This document shows, one piece after another, positions 12,250 through 25,309 of a stretch of DNA of 64,000 bases (its first letter is position 1; every line of letters begins with the position of its first letter). Below the pieces are notes generated by a model. That model saw nothing but the letters and a program-made list of their open reading frames with translations. It was not told the DNA's origin and made no database searches. Both the position numbers and the translations under genes were made by a program. The DNA is from Macrostomum lignano (taxonomy: Eukaryota), in contig NIVC01002811.1 in NCBI GenBank assembly GCA_002269645.1, positions 62,001 to 126,000 on the forward strand, in the 5' to 3' direction.

Positions 12250-14340
12250 ATCTCTCACTCATTGCAACAAGTATGTGCCATACGAAGTCGAAGTCGTCAC
12301 CCGCACGGCAGGTCAGAAGGCCGCATCAGGCGCGCCCTTGTGTAGAGCGCGGCATTGGTCTCGCTGCCTGGACCGCTGCGTACTCCGAACGCCGCAAGCA
12401 GCATGGCCGCATGCGTAGCGTCCAGCTGCCTCTCCAAAGCAACCGTCAGGGTCCAGGTCTCGGCGTTGTACAACAGGACAGTCTCAACGACTGCCTGAAA
12501 CAGCCGAGCACTGAGCTCATCATCCAGGGCCTCAATTGAGTATGAAGCGCACAGAACGAAACGCGGCCCAGGCCAGTCCTCGTCGTCTCACCAGGTCGTC
12601 GGCAGGTCCGGCACGAGGCCACCGAGGTACAAGAACCGCTGGCAACGGGTAAGCATGATTGCCTCCCCGGCAGCGTCTCGGCAGTTTATCTCGGCAGGCA
12701 GGTCGGATGGCACCATGAAGACTACACACCGTCTTCCGCGCGTTCAGCATGAGGCCGATTCGCGATGCTGCCGCCGTCGGGCCATCCAGCAGCCACTGGG
12801 CGCCTTCAGCCGTCGATGACAGCAGCGCGAGGTCGTCCGCGTAGCCGGGAACGGAGAGCGGCTTCTCCGGGTGCCGCCGAGTCGTACGTCTTCTCAGCAG
12901 GAAGCCGTCATCCGGGTTGGGCAGGCCGGTCCTCAGCACCCAATCCAATGCTAGCACACGACGTGCTGAAATGGTCCGACAGTCCATCTGGCGTCATCAC
13001 CGAAGCGGTCGTGTCCTGGTACATCGCCATGACGGTGAAAATCAGTTGCTTCAATACATTGTACGCGCGAAGCACGAGAGGCAGCGCGCCGCGAACCAAC
13101 GAGTCAAAAGCCTTGAGGGAGTCAATGAAGATCACCACGAAACTTGACTGATGGATACGCGCCTCCTCGATGATGGCGGCAGAGGACTAGGATGTGCGTC
13201 ACTGTACTGCGATGTGGGCGGAACCCGTTCTGCTCAAGGCGCAGAAACTGGTCCAGCACAGGCTGCAACCGAGTTAGCAGCACGCGGTTGAACAGCTTCG
13301 CGGCGCAGGACATGAGTGAGATCCCCCTGTGCTCCTCCTTCCGTATCATGCCTGGCTTTTTCGTAATCGCGACGATGTGTGCGTTTGTCCTCTCGCGGGG
13401 CGCGGCACCTCCAGAGAGGACATTGTTCATCACGCAGGCCACCTAAGTGGCGACCCTCATGACTCGCAGCGCCTCGATAGGCACCTCGTCTGGTCCGGGA
13501 GCGCGAACTCCCGGCGCCTGGCGAGCGAACTGCACTACGTCGTTGCTGGTCACTGGCTGGGTGCTGAACTCCTCCTGCGACGGCAGCGTTGTCTCGAGTG
13601 GCAATGGCATCGCTTCCGGCAGTGGCGGTGGTTGACAATATCAGCAAAGAAGTCGCGCGTTCGTTTCTGCGCGCCTCTGGTGTATCGCCGGTCAAGTTCA
13701 GCGCCGTTTTTTTCTTGCGCCAGTCGGGGCGTTGATTGTGGACCAGACGAGCAGATTCCGTTGGTCGAGCCCCGCCGAGGTGACGCTTTGGATGGCATCG
13801 TCAACAGCGGCTTGCTGCCGCCTGGCGTAGGCGTCTGTCAGGGCTTTCTCGGCCTCGGCCGTCGGTTGCCTGGTCCGTCGCAGCCTCTCGACTGTCCGCC
13901 TCGCCTCCTGAACCTCCTTTATTGTCATTCGCCCAGACGGGGAGACTACAGACTGCAGGTTGCATCAGTAGCAGCGTCTTGCTAGAGGCTGTCGCCACTG
14001 CCGCGCTTATTTCAGAATAGTTGCCGGTGCTCGCGGACTCTCCCAGTGCGGCGGCGAACGCATAGGCAAACTTGCCGCGGGTACTGGAGCCTCACAGTGC
14101 CCTGCTGTAGAAGCGGCGTGGGGGTTGCTTGGGCGGCCTTTAGAGCGGGTCCCGGGTGCGAAGGTTGCAGAAAAGCAGGCGATGGTCGGATCGGATGGAC
14201 AGCGGGGCCATCGTGTTGCAGTCTGTCACCCGTTGAAACTTGTATTCTGTTTCTGATAAAAGAAGCCACATGCATACCGAGCAGGCATGAATAACTAAGG
14301 TAAACAGCATTTAGGTCGCGAAAACTTGCGGCCACTTTTC
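12250..14340 (-). mobile_element. 5'-truncated, frameshifted non-LTR retrotransposon (RTE-like LINE) reverse transcriptase
   Basis: Minus-strand fragments contain RT motifs HRGISLMSCAAKLFNRVLL..RL, EQNGFRPHRST, FIDSLKAFDS and GYADDLALLS, spread over several frames. Confidence 0.9.
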
Positions 14341-15524
14341 ACGCATAGTCTTTTGGTCCGCTACGATTTTGGCCCTTTTTGAAGATTGTAAATAGGCCAA
14401 AGTCCAGCCTTACAGGACACGTGGATAGGGACATAGTAGGTAGGAGAACAATTTTAGGCTCGCTTACCACCCTACTTCAATGCTCGGCCAAATGAAACAA
14501 ATACATTTCGACAATTTTTTGATTGATAAATTACAGCAAGCTTTTACGTAAAATGGGCGCAAAATTTATTTCAAAAAAAGCGAACTCGGTTATAAATCGA
14601 TGCTTGAGTATCTACGAGCGTATATAACAAAAGCTTAGTCACTCGTATAACAAATAAGACACACTTTCAAAAGAAGTGAGCTGCGTTATGCTTAATACAT
14701 GCATAAATTTTCATTAAAAAGCTTGTAAAGTACAAAAAGCTTTCACAAAAGGGAAAGAATACAATTATACTAGTAAAAAGTCTAACAAAAATTGATCAGC
14801 GATACTGCTAAAAATGAATGTAAAAAGATAAAACACGCAAAACTATCTGTTATAATTTGGATTAAAAAAAACCATGAGCCTATGTGAAGAGCACAACTCT
14901 AAAGTATATAGTGTCAAAAGGACAGTTCAAGATGTATATATCACAATGGTGCACAAGGATGCACTGCTCTGGAATATCAACAAGGCGCTAAAAATGGCGT
15001 CACGAATCATTAAATAACAACCAAAAACAGAATGCTCACGAGCTGAAAATAACTCAATATTCTGCTGTAGTACGATCTATAAAAATATGATTTTTGTATT
15101 GGTGAATGTGCCGTTCGTTAATCAGGAACACTGCGTCCTAAGCAAACTCTATCGGAAATGACAATCAAGTGATCAAAGATTCCAACACACCCTCGCAACT
15201 ATTCTTAGCCACGTTAATTTGGAAGGAAATCGGCAATTTGATGAAGGCATGGAGAAGACACGTTGAGCCTGACGATAAGGAAAAATCGGGGCAGACGTAA
15301 CACACCTGTGTGCGTGTGTGTAGCTGCTTCCCTTCTAACTTAGGGTCAACTGCTTCCAAGACTGACTTTAAATTCCCGTCTGGTTCTTTACTTCTCAATC
15401 TATCATATTTTAACCGAAAATTTAACAGAGCTCGTGAATTCGAAACAAGATTTAATGACGGACAATGATTAAACAACATTATTGATCTCCGATGTCCTGC
15501 AGTCTCCATTATTTCGATTTCATT

Positions 15525-18500
15525 CTATTCGGAAGGCGTCTCCAAAGAGATATAAGCGGTTGGCACGTAGCCAGACTCGGACTTGTCCAGTCGAGACACT
15601 AGAGACCATTCATCGTCCAATCTGAGCAGTAGGACCTGCTCGCCAGCTGTCACTGACAGGACGCTGGACTGGGTGTCGTCTTTGAAGTCGTAAAGCAGCG
15701 AGACAATTGTGTCATAGGCCGGCTCCGGTGGCTCATCTACTGCTGGCGCAATGGACATAGGACGTCCTGGATCAGCTGTTGCAGGTGCAGGGTTCTCATC
15801 AGGCGCCGGGCTCTCATCAGGCGCCGGAAGAGGTGGTCTCGCAGGAGTCTCAGGAGGTGACATAGCAGCATGAGCTTCATAGCTTACATGTATGGCAGCT
15901 TTATTCGCGTCTGCAATTTTTTGTCAATTAGAAACTACGATGTATTTTGAGATTAAATCACATAACGAACTGATACAGCTTTAATATAGTTGGCTATATT
16001 AAAGCTATATCAGGCCATGTAATCCGGGATCTAGCTCAGTGCACCCAGGATCAACATCTGCATTGCGTACGGGATTAATATCAGTGCATCCGGGATCAGC
16101 ATCAATAATGCATTTGGGATTAACGTCAGTGCATCCAGTATCAACATCAGCAGTACATTTGGGATTAACGTCAGTGCATCCGGGATCAGCATCAATAGTG
16201 CATTTGGGATTAACGTCAGTGCATCCGGTATCAACATCAGCAGTACATTTGGGATTAACGTCAGTGCATCCGGGGTCAGCATCAATAATGCATTTGGGAT
16301 TAACGTCAGTGCATCCAGTATCAACATCAGCAGTACATTTGGGATTAACGTCAGTGCATCCGGGATCAGCATCAATAGTGCATTTGGGATTAACGTCAGT
16401 GCATCCGGTATCAACATCAGCAGTACATTTGGGATTAACGTCAGTGCATCCGGGGTCAGCATCAATAATGCATTTGGGATTAACGTCAGTGCATCCAGTA
16501 TCAACATCAGCAGTACATTTGGGATTAACGTCAGTGCATCCGGGGTCAGCATCAATAATGCATTTGGGATTAACGTCAGTGCATCCAGTATCAACATCAG
16601 CAGTACATTTGGGATTAACGTCAGTGCATCCGGGGTCAGCATCAATAATGCATTTGGGATTAACGTCAGTGCATCCAGTATCAACATCAGCAGTACATTT
16701 GGGATTAACGTCAGTGCATCCGGGGTCAGCATCAATAATGCATTTGGGATTAACGTTGCATCCAGTATCAACATCAGCAGTACATTTGGGATTAACGTCA
16801 GTGCATCCGGGGTCAGCATCAATAATGCATTTAGGATTAACGTCAGTGCATCCAATATCAACATCAGCAGTACATTTGGGATTAACGTCAGTGCATCCGG
16901 TATCAATATCAGCAGTGCATCTACCCTTAGCCAACAGTGGCATCTGGAGCAACAACCAAGCATAATTTACCGTTCCGTATTACAACCGGATTTTCCTCGT
17001 TTTCGTCAACGGTGCTGTAGACAGCGTCGACATCAAATTCATTGGTTTCGAATTCGTCACGGAAGGGCTGCCGTCGATTAATAAGCGTACCACCGATCTG
17101 GTCAGACGCGCTCATGGCCTGACGCAGCTCGGATTCCACAACTGAAGCGTCCCCAAGACTTGGATTTGCTTTGTAAGCCTCAAAAAGAGTCTTTAGGCCG
17201 GTTCTGTGGAGAAATTAATGAAAAATGTATACTAATGGAAGCAGAAGTTTATTAAAAATTATACACTCGCAACAGTAAAATGCAATAGTGTAGCGTTACA
17301 TTTTCCTCTTCAGCTTCTCAGCTCCGTCAACGGAATCGCCAGCATCGGTCGGGTTTCCCGTCGGAGCAGCGTTGGAAGCTCCTGCAGCAGGCAGCGACTT
17401 TGAGGCCTGGCGTAACATTGGTTCAATGCATGTATTGGATCGATTGGGGCAAGCTACTATAACAGATACCCATGAATTTAGCATAGCAAAGTAGAAGTAC
17501 GCTAGATTTGGAGCAGCTGAATTTTTGCTACCGATTCGATCCTGAGTGACGTTTTAATCATGTTATAAAAAGTATAAGAGAGAATCAGCTTCTGACAGTT
17601 CGTGTAACATTTAACTTGTTGCCTTAGGAAGCCATTTGCTTGAGTCTAAACGAAGGAGAAACGACTGAAAAGCTCTAAGAATGGAGCCCAAAGTAATGCT
17701 GGGACCAGTCAGACTGCCATAGGAATTCCCCGACAGAGAGCCTAAAGATGGGATGTCTCGGCATTTGTATTCGACAGGTCCGAAATGTTGTAGCTGGTTT
17801 GGTCTGGAGGCTACACCTGACAGTACTGTACGATACTGCGCAATAGTAAAAAATAGAGACGCATAAGTAAAAATTGTTGGATATCTAAATGTAACAATCG
17901 GTCTTTAAAGACGATGTTGGTTTCTCTCACCGTTACAACCGGCCGGGTCAGAGTCCCAGCGGCTGCAGTGGCCGGTTCCTCCAGGACCATGTCGTTTGGC
18001 AAGGGCTCGTCGCTGGCTGTGATGCGAACAAACGTCGCAGCATCCGCCTCAGCATCGATGCGATTAACCGAGGCCGACATGCCGGTGGCGGAGCGAGTCT
18101 GCTCAGCCAGGGTGGCGGTCTCGGCATCGGCGCAATCCACCATGGCGTTGCGGCTGACGGTGCAAAAATTGCGCTGGAGCATCTCCAATCGGTTGAGCTG
18201 CTCGAGTAGATCGGAGTGGTAGTACTGCCGCTGCAGTTCGTTGAATTCACCGAGGGCTCCTGTGTAAAAAAGCATAAATATTAGAAAAGACTTAATGTAG
18301 CTACACTAAAAGTCTGGATAAATAAGAGGGGCTTATACTGGGTGGCCGTAGCCCAGCGGCCCAGACCAGGTCACATTGATTTGGGGCTAAATTGGAATCT
18401 CGGCTTGGCTCTGCTCGTGCAATTAACGCCCTTGACATCCAACCCCCAAGGCACAGTGAAGTGCAAATGCCTAACGATAAATAAAGTTAGGGCCGCTGTA

Positions 18501-20620
18501 CAATCCTGTGTGAGTGTGAGCCTGTGCGTATGACTGCGTACAGGGGAGTCGTCGGAAGGGGCAGTAATGCCTCTCGCCGGTTGTGTAACAATGTCGCTTC
18601 AAGTGCGCCATGGTGCACACAGCCCCTTGCTTCTAATATAAAGAAATATAAGAATGGTCTGATACTCGAATGAAGCAAGTGTTGGGTTTTACGAGCGTAT
18701 GATAAAGTATGATAATGATAAACTAGCACTGAGCATTTTGTAGCAAAATAGCTAGGAAAATTACTTAGTGTTTTTGTTTCACTGTTTGGATCTCATTAAT
18801 GAATTCCGGTTGAGCTGTCGCACACTTATTTCTTAAAAGTTTTTCTAAATCTCTTGCTCTTCATACAATAGCGCGCATGTCGACGGTTCTATGTAAAGGG
18901 GCTGACAGGGATTGCTCTAGAAACGTGCATGCTTTTAAAATGTTTGGTTGATTAATGATACTACGAGAAAAAATCTATGATTGCTTAAATCGTTTTGAGT
19001 GTTTGGAACAATTAGATTTCTATTTATGCGTTCGGAAGCCATCTGCGCTTTCAACAGAGGATCTTCAAATGTATAAATAAGTTGCGGTTTTGGGGGGATT
19101 TCTGACATGTCAAGACTCAAAAGGGGATTGCTGAAATGCTGTGGCTTATGGGGGCTGCTCAAATGCTTTGAGCCAAAGCTCAAAGGAGATGCTGATACCT
19201 TAGGCTAGATACATGTAGCTGGCTTTCAGGGAAAATGCTTTTCTGCTTTAAATACCATTTTTCTTAAATGGTATTTCCAATAGTGGCTCTGCAAGGTCAA
19301 AAGCTACAGGTGGGTTATTAAAAAATATTTCTCCCCATGTAGCCTCCCAACGGGGATGGAGCGCAGACTGCTGGAAGATCGTCAAATGTATTAAGTTCAA
19401 GTTAAATGTGTTCGTACCTTCGTAGACTGTGCGTTTGGCAGCGCACTGCTGCCGTCGCTGCTCCTGCGCCTCAGGAGTGGTCGCTTTGGCCTGATCGGCA
19501 TGCGCCCGATGGTACTGGGAGCGCGCGGTCGTCACCTTTTTTCGGCTAGTCTCGAGGTCGCGGCTCTTCTCGGCGATGCGGCGCTCTGCTTTAGCGGCCG
19601 AATCGCGCAGCTCTGTCAGCTCCTTCTGTAGCTGGTGCCGAGTGTCGCGTAGCTTTTGAATCAGCAGATCGTTGCGCTGATCCGCCATGGAGATCAGCTC
19701 TCCTAGAGCTGAGTCAAAGGCAGCCTGGACTGAAAACCTGACGATTGATACATACGTGTTAGACTTGCAGTGGGGATTAGAACCTGTTAGGTTACCTTGG
19801 ATTGCGCTCTTGAATCTAATTCCCAGTATTCTCATACTCAATCCCTAAACTCAGACAAACTCAAAAGAACATCCGCGCCACCTTGTTCTCTCAACGGCAA
19901 GCACCTATAAACTCTGCAAAGCAAGGAGCAAACACTTACCTAGCATATTCCTTTGAGTTGGAGTTGTAGTCCTTTGGACGACAATCGCAGCAAAGCTTTC
20001 TGAAATTTATATATTGCAATCAGCGTTTGCGGGAGGAAATAATAAATAGTGACAACGGTGGAATATCGGTTGAATACATGTTACATCATCGCCACATCAA
20101 GTAGTAAAAACCGTTATTTTAACTCATAGACAAGCGTGTTTTATTCTTACCGAAGCTCTTTGCAGTAGGTTTCCTCTATCTTGCAGCGGCGCTTTAAAAA
20201 CTCAGTGAAAGTCTTTAAGAATTCGAAGTTAAATTTGTTGAAGTTGTAAACGTGAGGATTAAATGTATCCTGAAATGGGAACAATTAAGAGGATAAATTA
20301 AAACTATTCACATCTATTAGCTTGGAAGAGTAATGGTAAAAAGTAACAGCGAAAATTTAACACCACTAAAATTAAAAAGTAACTTTTCATGTAATTACTA
20401 TTTTCTTGTAACTTGTTAACTACTCAATATTGCTCTTCTAGCCTTGCCTTTAGAGTTGTCGAGCAAAGCCAGAAAAGGAATTTGTAATATTTTTAGTAGA
20501 CAAACGAAGTCAAAGGAAGCCTCAATTTTAAATCATTGATCTTGATTTTGATTTATAAAGAAATAAAAACGAAACATTAATTGTACGCACCCACAAATTC
20601 TCGTTCCATAGTTTTGACAT
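15525..20620 (-). CDS. CIP4: F-BAR + HR1 + SH3 protein of the CIP4/FBP17/Toca-1 family, 8 exons, 527 aa
   Basis: Exons 20620-20591, 20269-20151, 19999-19940, 19737-19418, 18259-17931, 17406-17300, 17203-16971 and 15910-15525 are all GT-AG with matching phases and total 1584 nt. Motifs: MSKLWNENLWDTF...FLKRRCKIEETYCKELR (FCH), FNELQRQYYH...EPLPNDMVLEE (end of F-BAR), YKANPSLGDASVVE (HR1), and LYDF...EW...GYVPTAY (SH3). Confidence 0.9.
16060..16920. repeat. Intronic minisatellite, 45-bp unit arranged as an alternating A/B 90-bp higher-order repeat
   Basis: The unit GTGCATCCGGGATCAGCATCAATAATGCATTTGGGATTAACGTCA alternates with a ...CAGTATCAACATCAGCAGTACA... variant; it lies inside the last F-BAR intron (15911-16970). 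Confidence 0.95.
18340..18545 (+). mobile_element. tRNA-derived SINE, family B (degenerate)
   Basis: A-box-like head GGTGGCCGTAGCCCAGCGG. The body CCCCCAAGGCACAG...ATGCCTAACGATA...GCCGCTGTACAATCCTGTGTGAG matches the reverse complement of 39540-39640. Confidence 0.55.
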
Positions 20621-23600
20621 TTTTGCCCGTGATTAAGCTCTATGGGGTAGAAGGTAGTCAGCCAGCCGTTTACCTATGATATTCAAAACATTTAAGATAA
20701 AGAACAGGAACTTCTACTTAGACGTACATGTTAAAATTAAAAAGTATTTCAAGCCTAATAAGTATTTTAAGTTTAAGAAAAAATTAAAGTAAAATTTTTA
20801 AACAAACGAATTTAATAATAATTTTTTCTACGTAACAATGACAGTAAATTATCTCTTAAACGAATTTTAAAGTTTTTGGAATATTGTTTTGTTTAAGCAG
20901 GTAACTTTATTTGAAATTAATCAATCCACGAAACTGCTAGCTAGTTGTCTGCAAACTTGATAGCAGTAAAAATAGGCCTAATAAATTGTGAAGGAAAGAT
21001 AAGTCATGTGAACGTCGAACGAGCGGAAATAGTAGTTAGGACACAATCTTTGTCGTTTGATATCGGAATGTTTTCGCAGTGGCTATAATTTTTGGAATTG
21101 CTTATCCCAACGGTCCCGTGCCGATAATTCCAATTTTATCCACACGGATCCGTGTCGATAATTTCCATCTTATCCCCACGGCTAAGGTTGTGCAGTTGTT
21201 TGTGTTTAGTTTTGTGTACTGACGTTAAATGTTGCTTACTAGTCTTTTTACTAATAGACATATTAGTCTTTTTATTGTAACGTATAAATGTAAACGTAAC
21301 TTATGTAAACGTAAGTAGGCCTAATTGTTATTTCAATGTTTGTGACTTTCCATTGAAACCACAGTGTGACAGTGTCATTTTTACATATTGCTAACGAAAC
21401 CACAGTGTGACAGTGTCATTTTTGCATATTGCTAACTCTCCATCCAAAATCGATATTGTCATTATTATTAGTATTATTATTGTTATTATTACATTTTGAA
21501 ATTTGAATTTTGCAAGTCTTGTTTGCCTCGATCTTAGAGGGTTGTTTGGTTGTTCTAAGTAAGTGAAGCTGGCAGCTAAGCTAGTCTTTAAAATTAATGC
21601 CTAAATAACAAATTAAGCGTGATAATTAGTGGATCAATAGCATTCAATAAATATTGACAAAACCAATTTCAACTTTTTATAAATTTAATTAGCAGGGCCA
21701 TTCCATATAATTATGGTCGTAACATGACAGGCTATTTTTACTTATAAAATGAAATCTAATAATAGAATATACTAAACCAATATTTTGAATAAAGGATTAT
21801 TTTGTCAAGAATATATTTATATAGTTTCATATAGATATCATCATTAGTATAGATGCTATTAAACCTTGAATGGCACTTATGGTCGTAACAACAGGATTTT
21901 TGACACATAGAAACTAAAAGATAAAAGTTGTAACAGGCCTTTTTGCTCTCTATGAAAATCTCAATTGCTGACACCAAAGCTGTAACAGGGGTGTTTCTTC
22001 CTTCTTAATAATATCCCACTGTTGTTACCAAAAGCTGTCCCAGGGCTCTTATTTGTTCTTTTGTTTAGCCTTACTAGCTGCCATCAAAGTTGTCAAAGGG
22101 CTAAACTAATCTTTTAAGTTGGTAGCTGCCACCAGGATTATCCTATCAATAAATTATGAGTTTATCAATCTTAGAATAATCCGAGAAATGTTTCTTAGAA
22201 TTAATCTGAGTATATATCTTAGTATTTAGTCTAAGTATTTATCTGAGTATTTATCTGAGTATATTGTTCTTAGAATATTATTCAGCCCTTACAATTGTTA
22301 TCGTTCTCCTGTTATTCCGGTAGTGTCTAATATTGTTCTGGTAGTGTTTATTATTATTCTGGCCTGAGTGGTCTATTGGCTTACTGGTATATGTATTGCA
22401 TGTACTTTTCTAGTCCTGGGTGTTTCCAAGATCAGAGGGTCATAGCCTCCGGTTATTCTTGCACTTATTACTTCGGAACTACTTCGTATTCTCTTACTAC
22501 TCAATACTGCTGCTTCTCAGTAATATATGCTGTATATACTCTCGTCTACTTCACTCTTACTTCAAATGAATAACTCGGAAAACACTGCAAATATATTTAG
22601 TCGGAACACTGATTATTTCTTAGCACCTTCAATTCTTGAACTGTACACCGCAAGCAAGTTGCTCTCTCCTCTTGTCTGAATCGCTTGTATTTATACTAAA
22701 TTTTACAACGATTTATAACAAAATTAATTCGCGTGAAATATTATCAAAAATATATTCATTTTAACAAAAAGTGTTTCATAGTTTTTAGCGCGGTTTTAAA
22801 ATGCATGATAATAGTTGAATAAAAACGAGAGGGGCCTTTCTCAAAGTCTTATAACATTTTTCATTTTTGATATTTTGCAATACATTTTTTTAATTTGACT
22901 AAGAACATCTTCAGAAATCATATTCTTTTATTAGAATATATAAACTCATAAAGGCAACAAAGATACAAAAGAAAAGGCAGCCTTATGGTCATAGCATTAT
23001 GGTTGTAACATATTTTTTTCTGTCAATTCAGTAACTTTGAGGTATCAATATATTAAAAATATAATACATTATATGGTCGCTAATGTTTTTATCTGATTAT
23101 GCAAGTACTATAATTTTATCTATTGTTTGTTTCAGCCTCCCAAAGCTTTCTATTTGTTTTTAAAAGGTACACAAAGTTAATGATGTTTTTTGCTTAGAAA
23201 AATTCCGAATTTTTCCTAAAATGACTTTTTGCCAATTGATAACATACTAATCCAACATTTTACCATTAATATATTCTTAGATTGTATATATTACACACTT
23301 AAAACATTTGGCAAAAAAAATGGCTGATAAGGCAATGGTAAGCAAAAATATTGACTTTTCTATTTTCCAAATATGTCCATCTTATCTGGAATGAGCCAGC
23401 AACTTTCATAACAAACTACTATCCAGCATCTGCCATCTAATTCTAAGTAGAAAACTAGGCCTAAAAAGAAATTTTTGTGCCACATGGCACATACAAAGAA
23501 GCAATTTGTTAGTAGGTTAACCCTTTTAATAATGAAACTTTTTTAACAAAGTGCTTGATACTATTCAGTATTTAGTAGTTTATTTGGAAGATTTGTAGGC

Positions 23601-23976
23601 CTAAAACAGTGAAAGCAAATAGATGGTTTTTGAATATTCATTTTAAGGTTCTCTATTCAAATATTCAAATAAGCTGCCATGGGGGTAAGATAAGCTATAA
23701 AATTATATTTTATTGACATGGATCTGTGTGAATAAAATTGGAATTATTGACAAGGTGTATAGACTTGATTGAATGGTAGCAACTATTTCAATAAGCTGCC
23801 TTGGGAATAAGCTAGAAATTATCAACATGGATCTGTGTGGATAAAATTAGAATTATCAGCATAGGACTGTGGGGATAAGCATTTCCATAACTTTAATATT
23901 AATAGCTGTAGCTCTATGTTGCTCAATAACAATTTAAAACTTTATAAATTAATCTATCTCTTCTCTAAACCATATC

Positions 23977-24943
23977 TAGGGATTGCAATCCCAGGATCCT
24001 AGGATCCTGGCCCAAATCCTGGGATTTCCAGTCTTGGGATTTGGGGTCCCAAATCTTAGGACTCATTTTTGTTATTAATTTTATGAAGAGTGTTGTAATA
24101 TGAACATAATTGGGCCAATAACTAGTTTATTATGCTGCACTAATTTCTGCTAAAGTTTCTCACATTGCGTGGCACCTTTTTAAATCTTGCATCAGATTTA
24201 AATATGAAATTTATTCCAATGTAATTTTGATATATGATTAGCAGGCTATCTTTTACTTTATTGCGTTTAATTAATTTAACCATTTTTTTAATTTCAGAAT
24301 ATAAAGATAGTAGGAGGATATAAGGTAAGTGTCTTTAAGTGTTAGGTAAGTCAATTAGTCAGTAATAATGAGCTACCCAGTATAGGAAGTTGCCAAACTC
24401 CTTTCTAGGAAAGAGCTGGCACCAGAGATACTCGTTGAGATAGGTTTCAAACAGAACTTCAGAAGTGCCATGCATCGCCCAGAACTTTGCCTTGACATGG
24501 GCCCCACGACCTCTTGATAGTGTTTGTGTGGATTGATGGGTCGTTAGGGTGGACAAAGGGTGGGCACAGAGGGCCTTCTAGCCATCAGTGAATTGGCTAA
24601 AATGCAAAAGAATGAAAAATAATTAAACGCAGTAAAGTAAAAGATTGCCAATTAGCTTCTTTATTACTATTTAGTACTTTTGCACTTTTATACTTACTTA
24701 AATATGTCACAAGATAATGCTATTTTTCATCTACAAAAAGATCATTATCTCTATAACAATCAAAAATAGAAGCAAAAATTCATTTAGCACATATTTTGGC
24801 TTAAAATTTTAACCCATAAGCTTAAAAATCTGTATTTTTCTAATCCCAGGATTGAATCACAGGATTGGCCAAACTCTGGGATTAAATCTTAGGATCTTTG
24901 GTTGGTGTTGCAAAAAGCCAGGATTTTGTAGGCCTAATCCTTA
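23977..24943. mobile_element. Old non-autonomous hAT-like element, CpG-depleted
   Basis: The left end is TAGGGATTGCAATCCCAGGATCC and the right end is TAATCCTTA. Flanks ACCATATC (23969-23976) and ATCATATC (24944-24951) form an 8-bp TSD with one mismatch. Subterminal AATCCCAGGAT-type repeats occur at both ends. Confidence 0.65.
24340..24600 (-). mobile_element. Merlin/ISXO2-like transposase C-terminal fragment
   Basis: The minus strand reads HTNTI(K)RSW, then after a frameshift HVKAKFWAMHGTSEVLFETYLNEYLW...FGNFLYWVAHYY*, which resembles the HTQTIE-W...GT...YL-E--W tail of Merlin transposases. Confidence 0.6.
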
Positions 24944-25309
24944 ATCATATCCAGTGGCCTTGGCCATTGGTATTATAGCTTCATTTATTCTAATTTCCTA
25001 AATTATTTAATGGGATTAGGATAAAGAATAAAATCAAGCATATCAAAAATGGAGTACTTATATCTAGACACAGTGGCCATGTCAAAAAATGTTGGAGCTT
25101 ACAGCTTATAGGCATGGCTGCTATGTCTATATACTCTAATATTAAGCACACAGGGTAGCTACTGTTGCTTTAAATTGTGTCAATAAATTCATTTGCTATT
25201 TAATATTAATGATATTGCTGCTGGCGCTATGCAGGTATTATAGACATGGCTGCTGTCTCTAGTGTAAGATACATTCTATATTATATAGACATGGTTCTCA
25301 ACTTGCCGT

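Noticed and set aside
15165-15509. 114-aa minus-strand ORF after the F-BAR stop
   Set aside because: It starts 16 nt after the stop codon in the probable 3' UTR and has no recognisable motif.
16005-16965. Cys/Thr-rich repeat ORF (CTDVNPKCTADVDTG)n resembling an antifreeze or metal-binding protein, plus overlapping repeat ORFs
   Set aside because: It lies wholly inside a phase-consistent intron of the F-BAR gene. A 45-bp unit without stops is open in several frames on both strands, so the ORFs are a by-product of the repeat.
18487-19183. ORFs 18487-18729 and 18935-19183 as extra F-BAR exons
   Set aside because: The direct 19418-to-18259 splice already gives a continuous family-like F-BAR sequence (YEGALGEFNELQRQYYH); part of the region is a SINE remnant.
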